Assembly: GCA_963667785.2 (NCBI GenBank)
Contig: CAXXMU010000006.1
Location: 512,001-576,000, forward strand
Source: Alphaproteobacteria bacterium
GTDB taxonomy: Bacteria; Pseudomonadota; Alphaproteobacteria; UBA828
Direction of reading: 5' to 3'
Length of the DNA: 64,000 nucleotides
The stretch's first letter is position 1, and each line of letters opens with the position of its first letter. Position numbers and translations under genes: made by a program. Below are positions 1 through 8,047 of the stretch, in pieces. Under the pieces are notes generated by a model. The model was given only the letters and a program-made list of their open reading frames with translations. It was not told the DNA's origin and did not search any database.

Positions 1-1
1 C

Positions 2-160
2 TGCTCGTTGCAAATCTGGACCGCCTACTGCGAGCGCGTCGAGGAGATCGCCGAGCGCCTGGCGGCCTACGAGCACGCGGCCGGCCCCGGCCCGGCCTCT
101 CGCGGCGACACCCCCGCCGGCGCCAACGTGGTGATGCTGCGCCCGGACGGGCCGGCATGA
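2..160 (+). CDS. 3' end of a phage hypothetical protein (partial)
   Basis: Open frame ...CERVEEIAERLAAYEH...NVVMLRPDGPA*; its TGA overlaps the next ATG (ATGA at 157-160). Confidence 0.55.
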   Translation, partial: CSLQIWTAYCERVEEIAERLAAYEHAAGPGPASRGDTPAGANVVMLRPDGPA

Positions 161-1155
161 CGCCCCCCCCCGACAGCGCGCCGGACGAAAGCGTGCCGAC
201 GTTGACGCCCGACCTCGTCTACAAGCGCGACGTCCTGCGCCGCCGGCTCGGGGACGAGCTGGGCGACCGCACCTTCCGCGCGTGGCTGGAGCGCAGCCTT
301 GCCGCGGTGACGCCGGCGCCCGAGCCGGAGGAGCCGGCCGTGGCTGAGCCGCAGGCAGAGCCGGTTGTGTGCCACACGCCCGCAGAAGTGGCAGGCAACG
401 GCGCTTGTCGGGCGCCCGTGGCCGACAAGCCGGCCGTGGCTGAGCCGGCGCCGACGAACGATGCGGGGAACGGTTGCGACGGGAGAGCGCCTTGCCCGGC
501 TGCCTCTCCCGTCGTCGCCGGTTCGATTCCGGCGCTCCGCACCGAACGCACGGGGCCTGCCATCGCCGCCGCGACAGAGCGCGGCGATCTGCGGGGCCGG
601 CCCTGGTCGGAGGAGGAGAAGCAGGCCCTCCGCGAGCGCTACATCGCCGGCGACGCCGTGGTGGATATCGCAGCGGCGCTGGGCCGCACGCGGAGCGCCA
701 CGCTCCACGCAATCGACAAGCAGGGTCTCTGGGGCCACCCCGATCGCCCCTGCCGCCGGGCGCGGCGCGGAGGCACCCGCCGGCGGCCCGCGCCCGATCC
801 CGAGCGCGAAGGCGATGCCCATCCCGAGTCGTCTCCCAGCGGGTGGTGGTCGGGAATCGTTGCCCCGATACCGGCTGAGCCGGAGCCCGAGACCGCGTCG
901 CTTTCCGCGCCCACGGACGAGGAGCCGGAAAGCGACATCCCCGAGCCGGCGCCCGCGCCGCTGCGGGGCTGCCTCTGGATCGAGGGCGACGAGCGCGCGC
1001 CCACCTGGTGCGGCGCGCCGAGATCGCCCGGCAGACCCTACTGCATCGATCACTGCCTGCGGGCCTACGTCACCAGCTCCGGCAGGCGCTTCCCTCGCAG
1101 CCGCTTCGAGCGCCCGCCGGAGCCGATGGCGGCGCCCAGGAGGGCGTCGGCGTGA
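157..1155 (+). CDS. GcrA-family cell-cycle regulator-like phage protein with an N-terminal extension
   Basis: GcrA-type HTH (WSEEEKQALRERYIAGDAVVDIAAALGRTRSA) and C-terminal Cys motif (CLWIEGD..WCGAP..GRPYCIDH..RAY). The N-terminal LRRRLGDELGDRTFRAWL resembles DnaA domain I. Confidence 0.8.
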   Translation: MTPPPDSAPDESVPTLTPDLVYKRDVLRRRLGDELGDRTFRAWLERSLAAVTPAPEPEEPAVAEPQAEPVVCHTPAEVAGNGACRAPVADKPAVAEPAPTNDAGNGCDGRAPCPAASPVVAGSIPALRTERTGPAIAAATERGDLRGRPWSEEEKQALRERYIAGDAVVDIAAALGRTRSATLHAIDKQGLWGHPDRPCRRARRGGTRRRPAPDPEREGDAHPESSPSGWWSGIVAPIPAEPEPETASLSAPTDEEPESDIPEPAPAPLRGCLWIEGDERAPTWCGAPRSPGRPYCIDHCLRAYVTSSGRRFPRSRFERPPEPMAAPRRASA

Positions 1156-1592
1156 GCACGCCGTCGCTCGCCAGAATCCAGCGGGAGGTCGCGCGGGCCT
1201 ACGGGCTCAGCATGACCGACCTGATCTCCCAGCGCCGCTCGCGGGAGGTCGTCTGGGGCCGTCACGTGGCGATGTATCTCTGCCGCCTGCTCACGCCGCT
1301 CTCGTATCCCGCCGTCGGGCGCCACTTCGGCAACCGCGATCACACGACCGTGATGTACGCCGTCGAGCGCGTCGCCGCCCGGCTGCACGTGGATGCGGAC
1401 GAGGCGGCGCGGATCGAGACGCTCGCGGCCGAGATCGCCGCACCGGCGGCGCAGGTACGGAGCGAGCCTCGTCTCTACGCCGACGATCGGGCGGCGCGTC
1501 GGCAGCTCCTGTTTTCGGTGCTGCTGGACGTGCACCACGGGAGGCTGGCGCGGCAGCAGCAGGCACTCGAGCGCCTGGAGGCGGCCCTGTGA
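1152..1592 (+). CDS. Stand-alone DnaA C-terminal (domain IV) DNA-binding protein
   Basis: GTG overlaps the previous stop. IQREVARAYGLSMTDLISQRRSREVVWGRHVAMYLCRLLTPLSYPAVGRHFGNRDHTTVMYA is the Bac_DnaA_C signature (RDHTTV). Confidence 0.9.
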   Translation: MSTPSLARIQREVARAYGLSMTDLISQRRSREVVWGRHVAMYLCRLLTPLSYPAVGRHFGNRDHTTVMYAVERVAARLHVDADEAARIETLAAEIAAPAAQVRSEPRLYADDRAARRQLLFSVLLDVHHGRLARQQQALERLEAAL

Positions 1593-1689
1593 GGCGCCGG
1601 CGGGGAGCGCTCTGGGTGCTGCGTCAGCAGTTCATCTGGTGGCGCTGCGCGTGGTTCGCGCCGCGCCGGACCGCCGAGAGGAGGAACCG

Positions 1690-2232
1690 ATGACCGAAAC
1701 CGTCACGCTGGAGCGGCCGAGCATGGACGAGATCGTTGCGCTCGCCCGCTCCTACGCGCGCGCCCGCGACGCCCTGGAGGCCGCCGGGGAGGAGATCAGG
1801 CAGTTGCAGCGCCGGGCGGCTCGCGACCGCCTGCGCGGGCTGCGGAGCCGCGTGGCCGAGGTCGCGGCGGCCGATGACGCGCTGAGGACGGCGATCAAGT
1901 CCAGCCCCGACCTGTTCGTGAAGCCGCGCACGGTCGCGGTCGACGGCGTGAAGGTCGGGCTCCGCAAGCAGGTCGGCGCGCTTGCCGTGAGCGACGAGGC
2001 GCGGGCGATCGAGCTGCTGCGGAAGCGGCTGCCGGCGCTGGCGGACACGCTGATCGCCACCAGGGAGACTCTCGACCGGAAGGCCCTCCGCAAGCTGCCG
2101 GCCGCCGACCTGGCGCGGATCGGCGTCACCATCGGCGACCCCACCGACGAGGTGGTGATCGCCGCGGCCGAGAGCGACGTCGACAAGCTCGTCGACGCCC
2201 TGCTCGACGACAGCGTGGAGGCGGCGGCGTGA
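1690..2232 (+). CDS. Mu Gam-like host-nuclease inhibitor
   Basis: GAGGA RBS; long N-terminal helix, then PDLFVKPRTVAVDGVKVGLRK...ETLDRKAL...ARIGVTI; Gam-family architecture and position. Confidence 0.7.
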   Translation: MTETVTLERPSMDEIVALARSYARARDALEAAGEEIRQLQRRAARDRLRGLRSRVAEVAAADDALRTAIKSSPDLFVKPRTVAVDGVKVGLRKQVGALAVSDEARAIELLRKRLPALADTLIATRETLDRKALRKLPAADLARIGVTIGDPTDEVVIAAAESDVDKLVDALLDDSVEAAA

Positions 2233-2435
2233 AGCGCTGCCTGATCTGCGGCTGCACCGAGGAGTGGGCCTGCGTCGACGACCACGGCGACGCCTGCGCC
2301 TGGTCGCCGCGCGATCCCCGCATCTGCAGCTTCTGCGACGAGGACGTGCCCTGCGATTCCGGCGGCGCCTGGCCGCCGGTCCGCGCGGCCTTCGCCGGCG
2401 CGGGCGCCCAGGGCGTGGTGCGGGGCGCGTCATGA
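2229..2435 (+). CDS. Small Cys-rich phage protein
   Basis: CxxCGCT..AC....C.W....CSFC motif; GTGA/ATGA overlaps on both sides. Confidence 0.65.
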   Translation: MKRCLICGCTEEWACVDDHGDACAWSPRDPRICSFCDEDVPCDSGGAWPPVRAAFAGAGAQGVVRGAS

Positions 2436-2648
2436 GCGCCCCCCCCCCGGACGAGTCCGATGCCTTACGGCATCCTGCCGAGTGACCGCCCCTATCCGGT
2501 CGAGATCGAGGGCTGCTCCCGCTGCGGTCGCGAGATCGAGGCCGGCGAGGGATCGACGACGGTGCTGTCGCGGGAGGACGGCCTCCTGTGGATCTACTGC
2601 GCGATCTGCTCCGGCTCGGGCGGCTACAGGCGGGAGGGGCTGAGTTGA
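2432..2648 (+). CDS. Zn-ribbon phage protein (paralog 1); coupled ATG at 2432 is out of frame at a C10 tract, internal ATG at 2460
   Basis: GILPSDRP..CSRCGREI..WIYCAIC; removing one C from 2439-2448 joins ATG2432 to this frame. Confidence 0.55.
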
Positions 2649-2893
2649 GCGCCCCCCCCCAGAGGCGCCGCATGAGCGCCGGCCGTCCCTCGATCGACGA
2701 GTTCGTGCCCGGCGGCATCCTGACGAGCGATCGCCCGCACCGCTGGGTGATGGGCGACGTCTGCAGCCGCTGTGGCGCGGAGATCGGCGACGACGAGGTG
2801 CCGCTGGAGGTCTACAGCCCCGACACCGTGACCATGTGGGTTTTCTGCGACGGCTGCATCGGGGCGGGCGTGCCCGAGAGCGCCAAGCACTAG
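2645..2893 (+). CDS. Zn-ribbon phage protein (paralog 2); start at TTG 2645 or ATG 2672
   Basis: GILTSDRP..CSRCGAEI..WVFCDGC; similar to the upstream ORF. Confidence 0.6.
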   Translation: MSAPPQRRRMSAGRPSIDEFVPGGILTSDRPHRWVMGDVCSRCGAEIGDDEVPLEVYSPDTVTMWVFCDGCIGAGVPESAKH

Positions 2894-2903
2894 GAGCGCG
2901 GAT

Positions 2904-3162
2904 ATGAAATTCCAGATCTGGGCGAGCGCGCCGGGCGAGAGGCAAAAGACCGATGGCGGCATCACGGAATTCGAGCGTGAGTACGCCACGTCGACCGCTG
3001 CAGCCGGCAGAGCCGAGATGCTGCTATGCCAGGGCCGCGAGGTGCACATCGTCCCGGTGGCCGACGACGCGGACCCGCCCCCCCCGGGGGGGGGCGAGCG
3101 AAGAGGCGGGCGACCCGCTCGCCATACCGCCGTTCCTGAGGCGGGCTGAGGCGAAGTCGTGA
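2904..3162 (+). CDS. Small phage protein; stops at 3149 as sequenced, but a -1 change in the C8G9 tract extends it to 3162 with an FtsZ-tail-like end
   Basis: AGGAG RBS, ATG 2904. The alternative frame after the tract reads ASEEAGDPLAIPPFLRRAEAKS*, and its TGA overlaps the next GTG. Confidence 0.55.
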
Positions 3163-3698
3163 CCGCGCCCGACCTCCTCGTCCGCAAGGGCGCGTCCTTC
3201 TCGCCGTGCCGGCGCTGGCGCTACAAGCTCTGGCGCATCTGGTCGGATGATGCCCGGCTGCTCGTCGTGGTCGGGCTCAATCCCTCCACGGCGGACGAGA
3301 CCGTCGACGATCCCACCATCCGGCGCTGCATCGACTACGCGAGGCGCTGGGACTGCGGCGGCCTCCAGATGCTGAACCTGTTCGCGGTCCGGGCCACCGA
3401 CCCCAAGGCCATGCTCGCGGCCGACGATCCGGTCGGGCCGGACAACAAGGACGCCTTCGACGAGGTGCTGGGGAAGCTGCGCGGCCGGCCTGCGCCGCTC
3501 GTTCTCTGCGCCTGGGGCGCTCGCGGCTCCCACATGGACCAGGACGAGCACGCGCTCGACTGGCTCGACTGGCCGGACATCACCCCGATGTGCCTGGGCC
3601 TGACCGAGGGCGGGATGCCGCGGCACCCGCTCTATGTGAGGAAGACCGTCATGCCCAGGCCCTATCTGGGACGTGGCGCTGAGGGAGATGCGCCGTGA
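3159..3698 (+). CDS. DUF1643 domain protein
   Basis: FSPCRRWRYKLWRIW, GLNPSTAD..DDPTIRRC, NLFAVRATDP, AWG, PRHPLY motifs. Confidence 0.9.
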   Translation: MTAPDLLVRKGASFSPCRRWRYKLWRIWSDDARLLVVVGLNPSTADETVDDPTIRRCIDYARRWDCGGLQMLNLFAVRATDPKAMLAADDPVGPDNKDAFDEVLGKLRGRPAPLVLCAWGARGSHMDQDEHALDWLDWPDITPMCLGLTEGGMPRHPLYVRKTVMPRPYLGRGAEGDAP

Positions 3699-4360
3699 CC
3701 GCGCCCGCCTCCGACGAGCGCAAGCGCCTGATCAAGCAGGTGCACGCCGAGGCGCGCCGCCTCGGCATCGATACCGACGAGCGCCGGGCGCTGCAGGTCC
3801 GCGCCGTCGGCAAGGAGAGCTGCGCCGACATGTCCGCCTCGGAGCTCCGCAGCGTCGTCGCCGCCATGGGCGAGGGCCGGGACCGCCTGCCGGACCACGC
3901 GTCGGCGCGGAAGCTGCAGGCGCTCTGGATCAGCGGCTACTGCCTCGGCGTGATCGAGGACCGCCGCGACAGCGCCCTCTGCGCCTGGCTGCGCCGCCAG
4001 GCCAAGGTGGACGCGGCGCAGTGGGCGAAGCCGGGCCAGCTCGCGAAGGCGGTGGACGCGATGAAGCTCTGGCTCACGCGGGAGGCCGGCGTGGACTGGT
4101 CGCCCTACGTCATCCTCGGCCGCGACGGCGTGGATCGCGAGGTGCACAACCCGCAGGCCCGCGTCCTCGAGGCGCAGTGGCGCCTGCTGCACAAGCTGGG
4201 CTGGGTGCGCAATCCCGACCTGAGCGCGCTCGCGAGCTACGCCACCCGGCACGGCCGGCTCGCGCACGCGGGCACGCATACCGAGCTCCGCGACCGCGAG
4301 GCGGTCGCGCTGATGCAGGATCTCGCCACGCAGATCCGCGAGGCGCGCGGCAATGGCTAG
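3695..4360 (+). CDS. Mu GemA/gp16 (DUF1018) family regulatory protein
   Basis: IKQVHAEARRLGIDTDERRAL...GKESCADMS..EL..V, RKLQALW...GVIEDR.DSALCAW.RRQ..VD..QW. Confidence 0.85.
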   Translation: MTAPASDERKRLIKQVHAEARRLGIDTDERRALQVRAVGKESCADMSASELRSVVAAMGEGRDRLPDHASARKLQALWISGYCLGVIEDRRDSALCAWLRRQAKVDAAQWAKPGQLAKAVDAMKLWLTREAGVDWSPYVILGRDGVDREVHNPQARVLEAQWRLLHKLGWVRNPDLSALASYATRHGRLAHAGTHTELRDREAVALMQDLATQIREARGNG

Positions 4361-4640
4361 GCGTCGCCGGGCGTTCCCGGAGGCGCCGTCCGTCGACCAT
4401 GGCGCGAAGGTCCGGCTCGAGTACGTCGACGGGGTCTATCGAAGCAGCGCCGCGATTACGCCGACGGCGGGATGCCACCGCTGCGGGCAGTTCTGGGAGG
4501 GTCGGCCCGCTGCCTCCGCTGCCCGGAAGCACGCGCGCGACACCGGGCATCCGACCTGGATGTCGACCGGGCGCCTGGCGATCCACCAGCCTCGCAACGC
4601 GATCGAAGCCGACGCAGATGCCGATCAGCCGGAAAGCTGA
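4353..4640 (+). CDS. Phage hypothetical protein with CxxC...HxxxxGH motif
   Basis: CHRCGQFW...ARKHARDTGH; overlaps the previous stop. Confidence 0.55.
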   Translation: MARRRRAFPEAPSVDHGAKVRLEYVDGVYRSSAAITPTAGCHRCGQFWEGRPAASAARKHARDTGHPTWMSTGRLAIHQPRNAIEADADADQPES

Positions 4641-4887
4641 GCGCCCGCCGTGTCCGTGCTGCGGCGCCACCGTCAAGCCGCACCAGCGCGCCTGCGTCGT
4701 GCATGGAGAGCGGTACTGCCGGCGCTGCGAGGGCGAGTGCGGCGCAGGCCTCGATTCCATGGAGGCCTGCCGCGCCCCGTGCCATGCGCCGGAGGCGCAG
4801 CAGCCGGCCGGATCGGGCGCGGCGCCGGAGAGATCGCGCTCGGACCGCCCTCGCCAGGGGTCGGATCGACGCCGTGGCCATGCGTGA
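4618..4887 (+). CDS. Cys-rich phage hypothetical protein
   Basis: MPISRKAERPPCPCCGATV...YCRRCEGEC; fills the gap in the operon. Confidence 0.45.
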   Translation: MPISRKAERPPCPCCGATVKPHQRACVVHGERYCRRCEGECGAGLDSMEACRAPCHAPEAQQPAGSGAAPERSRSDRPRQGSDRRRGHA

Positions 4888-4914
4888 CGATCATAGCCGG
4901 GGGGGGGGGGGGAG

Positions 4915-5175
4915 ATGAAATTCCAGGAGATCGCATGCGCAGCGCTGCCGGACGACGTCTTCCGCCACGTCGATTCGGCCATCTCCCAGCGCTGGAAGGG
5001 CGCGCGCCTCTACATGCCGTCCAAGAGGCGCCGTTGCGCGGCGGAGGCGCAGCCCCGGAACGCGGCAGAACAATTCGCACGCCACGTCCGCGTCGCCGTC
5101 GAAGAGGCCGGCGGGACCTCCGGCCAGGCGGACGAGATTCTGACCGCGCTCTCGGGTGGCCACTTCTGGGTCTAG
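4915..5175 (+). CDS. Putative Mor/C-like late-transcription activator (weak similarity)
   Basis: WKGARLYMPS resembles the Mor (F)GG..LYIP dimerisation motif; position between early and late genes. No clear C-terminal HTH. Confidence 0.4.
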   Translation: MKFQEIACAALPDDVFRHVDSAISQRWKGARLYMPSKRRRCAAEAQPRNAAEQFARHVRVAVEEAGGTSGQADEILTALSGGHFWV

Positions 5176-5218
5176 TTTTGGAACAAAAACCCTGCCGATC
5201 CCGGTGTAGCCTCTGCGC
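5176..5218 (+). promoter_or_regulatory. Putative late promoter for the tail operon (possibly leaderless)
   Basis: TTTTG-GAA-CAAAA inverted repeat at 5176-5188; TAGCCT -10-like box at 5207-5212, 6 nt before ATG 5219; no SD sequence. Confidence 0.3.
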
Positions 5219-7066
5219 ATGAATGCTCAGATCGATCTTCACGGCGCGGAGGTCCTGTATCTTCCGGACCAGACGGCGCCGATCACGGTCGGCCCGAGCT
5301 CGATCGTCGGTCTTGTCGGGGCGGCCACGAACGCACAGGCGGCCGTAGCCGCGAAGCTGGCCGTCGGCCAGGGCAACGCGGGGCTGACGTTCACGGCGGC
5401 GGCGCAGGTCGCCGCGCTGATCGCCAGGCTGGAGGTCGGCGCGGGCAACGCGGGGCTGGAGTTCGCGGCGGACGCTGCCGGCGCGGCCGGCAACACCATC
5501 ACCGTCGCGCTCGCCGATCCGGGCGCGAACAGCTCTCCGCTGACCGTCGCCGTAGCGGGCCGCGACATCACCGTCTCGCTGGCGACCGGCAACGCAGGCG
5601 CCATCACCAGCACCGGCGCGGAGGTCCTGGCGGCCGTGAACGCGCACGCCGGCGCCTCGGCACTGGTCACGGCCGCGGACGCCGCAGGCTCGGACGGCAC
5701 CGGCACGGTTGCCGCCCACGCCAAGACCGCGCTCGCGGGCGGCGCCGACGCCCGCCCGCAGGGGGGTGTCGCCGGCAACGGCATCACCCTGGAGCTGTTC
5801 CGTCCGAACCTCGTCTCCCAGGCGCTCAGCGTCGCCGTCGAGGGCCGCAACATCACCGTCTCGCTGGCGACCGACGCCGACGGCGCGGTGCACACCACGG
5901 GCGCGGCGCTCGTCGCCGCGTGGGCGACCCAGGCCTACGCGGCCGCGCGCGCGCTCGTCGCGATCGCCAGCTCTCCCGGCTCCGACGGCAGCGCCACCCT
6001 CTCGCCCGTCGGCCGCACGGCGCTCGCCGGCGGCATGGACGAGCCGTTCCCGCTGAACACGCCGACCGCGATCCGGAACGCGGCCCACGCCGCGCAGCTC
6101 GGCACCGCCGGCTCGCTCCCCGAGGCGATCGCGGACGTCTGGCGCACCGCCGGGCGGGGCGGCGCCACCATCGTCGTCGTGCGCACGGCCGACGACACCG
6201 CCGCCAACATCATCGGCTCGAGGGCCGCGGGCGCCTACACCGGCGTCTACGCCCTGCTCGCCGCGGAGGCGCGCACCGGCCTCAAGCCCCGGCTGATCGC
6301 GGCGCCGGCCCTGCAGACGACTGCGGCCGCGCTCGCGCTCGAGGCGGCGGCCGACAAGCTGCGCGCGATCCCCGTCGTGGCGCTCGCCGGCGCGGACTAT
6401 TCGGCCGCCCTCGCCTCGCGGTCCTCTCTCGCCCACGCCTACTGTGTCTGGCCGAAGTTCAAGGTATTCGACGCCGCGGCCGGCACCCTCGTCGACCGCT
6501 GGGCGGCGGCGCTCACCGTCGGCCATATCGTCCGCGTCGACGGCGAGGAGTCCTACGCCGCCTCGCCGTCGAACCGGCAGCTCCAGGACGTGGCCGGCAC
6601 CTCGGTCGCGATCGACTGGCAGATCGACGGCCGGACGTCCACCGCCAACCTGCTGTCGCGGGCCTTCATCGTCACGGCGATCCGGCGCGGCAACGGGCTC
6701 TACCTGTGGGGCAACCGGCTCGCCGACGGCGAGCTGATCACGCACCGCCGGGTGCGCCACCTGATCGGCGACGCGCTGCTCTCGTTTGTCGCCGACTGGA
6801 TCGACCGCAACGTCGACGTGCCCTTCGTCGAGTTCATCCTCGACCGCATGAACAGCTTCCTGCGCGGCCGGACCCTCGCCGGGATCATCACGGGCGGGCG
6901 GGCCTGGTTCGACGCGGAGTACAACACGCCGGAGACCCTGGAGGCCAACCAGGTCACCTTCAGCTTCGACTGCGGCCTCCACGCCGTGGCCGAGCAGCTG
7001 ACGTTCCGGCAGTCGGTGTCCGGCGTCTACAACGCCCGCATCATCGAGCAGCTGACGGGGGCATAG
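5219..7066 (+). CDS. Contractile tail sheath protein (P2 FI-like) with a duplicated insertion domain
   Basis: LHGAEV..PI....SSIVGLVG N-terminus, FPLNTP, TGVYALLAAE...GLKPRLIAAP, SPSN, LWGNR, FDAEYNT C-terminal motifs. Confidence 0.92.
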   Translation: MNAQIDLHGAEVLYLPDQTAPITVGPSSIVGLVGAATNAQAAVAAKLAVGQGNAGLTFTAAAQVAALIARLEVGAGNAGLEFAADAAGAAGNTITVALADPGANSSPLTVAVAGRDITVSLATGNAGAITSTGAEVLAAVNAHAGASALVTAADAAGSDGTGTVAAHAKTALAGGADARPQGGVAGNGITLELFRPNLVSQALSVAVEGRNITVSLATDADGAVHTTGAALVAAWATQAYAAARALVAIASSPGSDGSATLSPVGRTALAGGMDEPFPLNTPTAIRNAAHAAQLGTAGSLPEAIADVWRTAGRGGATIVVVRTADDTAANIIGSRAAGAYTGVYALLAAEARTGLKPRLIAAPALQTTAAALALEAAADKLRAIPVVALAGADYSAALASRSSLAHAYCVWPKFKVFDAAAGTLVDRWAAALTVGHIVRVDGEESYAASPSNRQLQDVAGTSVAIDWQIDGRTSTANLLSRAFIVTAIRRGNGLYLWGNRLADGELITHRRVRHLIGDALLSFVADWIDRNVDVPFVEFILDRMNSFLRGRTLAGIITGGRAWFDAEYNTPETLEANQVTFSFDCGLHAVAEQLTFRQSVSGVYNARIIEQLTGA

Positions 7067-7070
7067 GCCG

Positions 7071-7619
7071 ATGGCGCTCAGGAAGGTCCTCCACGGCTTC
7101 GCCGTCTACGTGGACGGCATCGAGTACATCGGGGTGGCCGAGAGCTTCACGCCGCCCGATATCGTGCTCGAGGTCGAGGAATCGAACATGCCGGGCCACG
7201 GCGGGACGATCGACATCCCCACCGGCCGACTGGAGAAGCTCGAGGCGACCTTCGTCATGGGCGATTCCTATCCGGCGCTGGAGACGCTCGTCGGCCGGCC
7301 GGACGCCGTCGACGTCCCGATCCTCTTCAACAAGGTCTCGACCGACGGCACGACGCCCCGCGTGGTCGAGTACCGGCTCGCCGGCCTCTGGACGCGCCAG
7401 AGCCTCGGCGAGGTTTCGGGCGGAGGCGGCGCGGGCGGAGGCGGAGGCGGCCGCTGCGAGTACACCGTCTCGCTCCGGACGCTGACCCACCTCATCGACG
7501 GCACCGAGCAGCGCCACATCGACCTCGAGCGGAACATCCACCGCATCGCCGGCACCGACGTCAACGCCGGCCTCAGCAGCCTGCTGCGCCGCGGGCGCGC
7601 CGGCAGGGCGGGAGCATAG
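7071..7619 (+). CDS. Tail tube protein (P2 FII-like)
   Basis: L.GF..YVDG..YIG.AESFTPP.....EE....G.GG.IDI..G.LEKLEATF...IDG....ID......I.G.D. Confidence 0.9.
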   Translation: MALRKVLHGFAVYVDGIEYIGVAESFTPPDIVLEVEESNMPGHGGTIDIPTGRLEKLEATFVMGDSYPALETLVGRPDAVDVPILFNKVSTDGTTPRVVEYRLAGLWTRQSLGEVSGGGGAGGGGGGRCEYTVSLRTLTHLIDGTEQRHIDLERNIHRIAGTDVNAGLSSLLRRGRAGRAGA

Positions 7620-7623
7620 GCAC

Positions 7624-7983
7624 GTGACCGAAGACCAGATCACCGTCACGCTCACCCATCCGATCGAGATCGACGGCAAGACCGTCTCCAGCCTGACCCT
7701 GCGGCGCCCCCTGGTGAAGGACCTGATCGCGGCCGAGCGCCAGCCCGGCTACGTCGGCCAGGATGCCGCGCTCCTGGCCCAGTGCGCCGGCATCAACTTC
7801 GCCGACGTCGGCAAGATCGACGCCGGCGACTACCGTCGCATCATCGGCGAGTCCGACCTGGGTTTTTTCTCGAGCGATGCCGGGCCGCAGGAACCCTCCG
7901 GCGACCCCGCATCGACGGCGGCATCAGGCGCGCCGTCCTCATCCTCAACCGATCAACCGGCTGGGGCCTCTGCGACCTCCTAG
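7624..7983 (+). CDS. Tail assembly chaperone (gpE-like); -1 frameshift product extends to 8048 (gpE')
   Basis: LTHPIEIDGK....LTLRRP.VKD...ID.GDY..I; slippery GGGTTTTTTC at 7860-7869; the -1 frame encodes TGWGLCDLLDQTPADLVAW. Confidence 0.85.
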   Translation: MTEDQITVTLTHPIEIDGKTVSSLTLRRPLVKDLIAAERQPGYVGQDAALLAQCAGINFADVGKIDAGDYRRIIGESDLGFFSSDAGPQEPSGDPASTAASGAPSSSSTDQPAGASATS

Positions 7984-8047
7984 ACCAGACGCCCGCCGAT
8001 CTCGTCGCCTGGCTCGATGAGGCGGCGGCGCTGAACCGGCGGCGCTG

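Noticed and set aside
332-447. 20-bp direct repeat AGCCGGCCGTGGCTGAGCCG (332 and 428) as an att site
   Set aside because: In-frame 96-bp spacing within a Pro/Ala-rich linker; best explained as an intragenic duplication.
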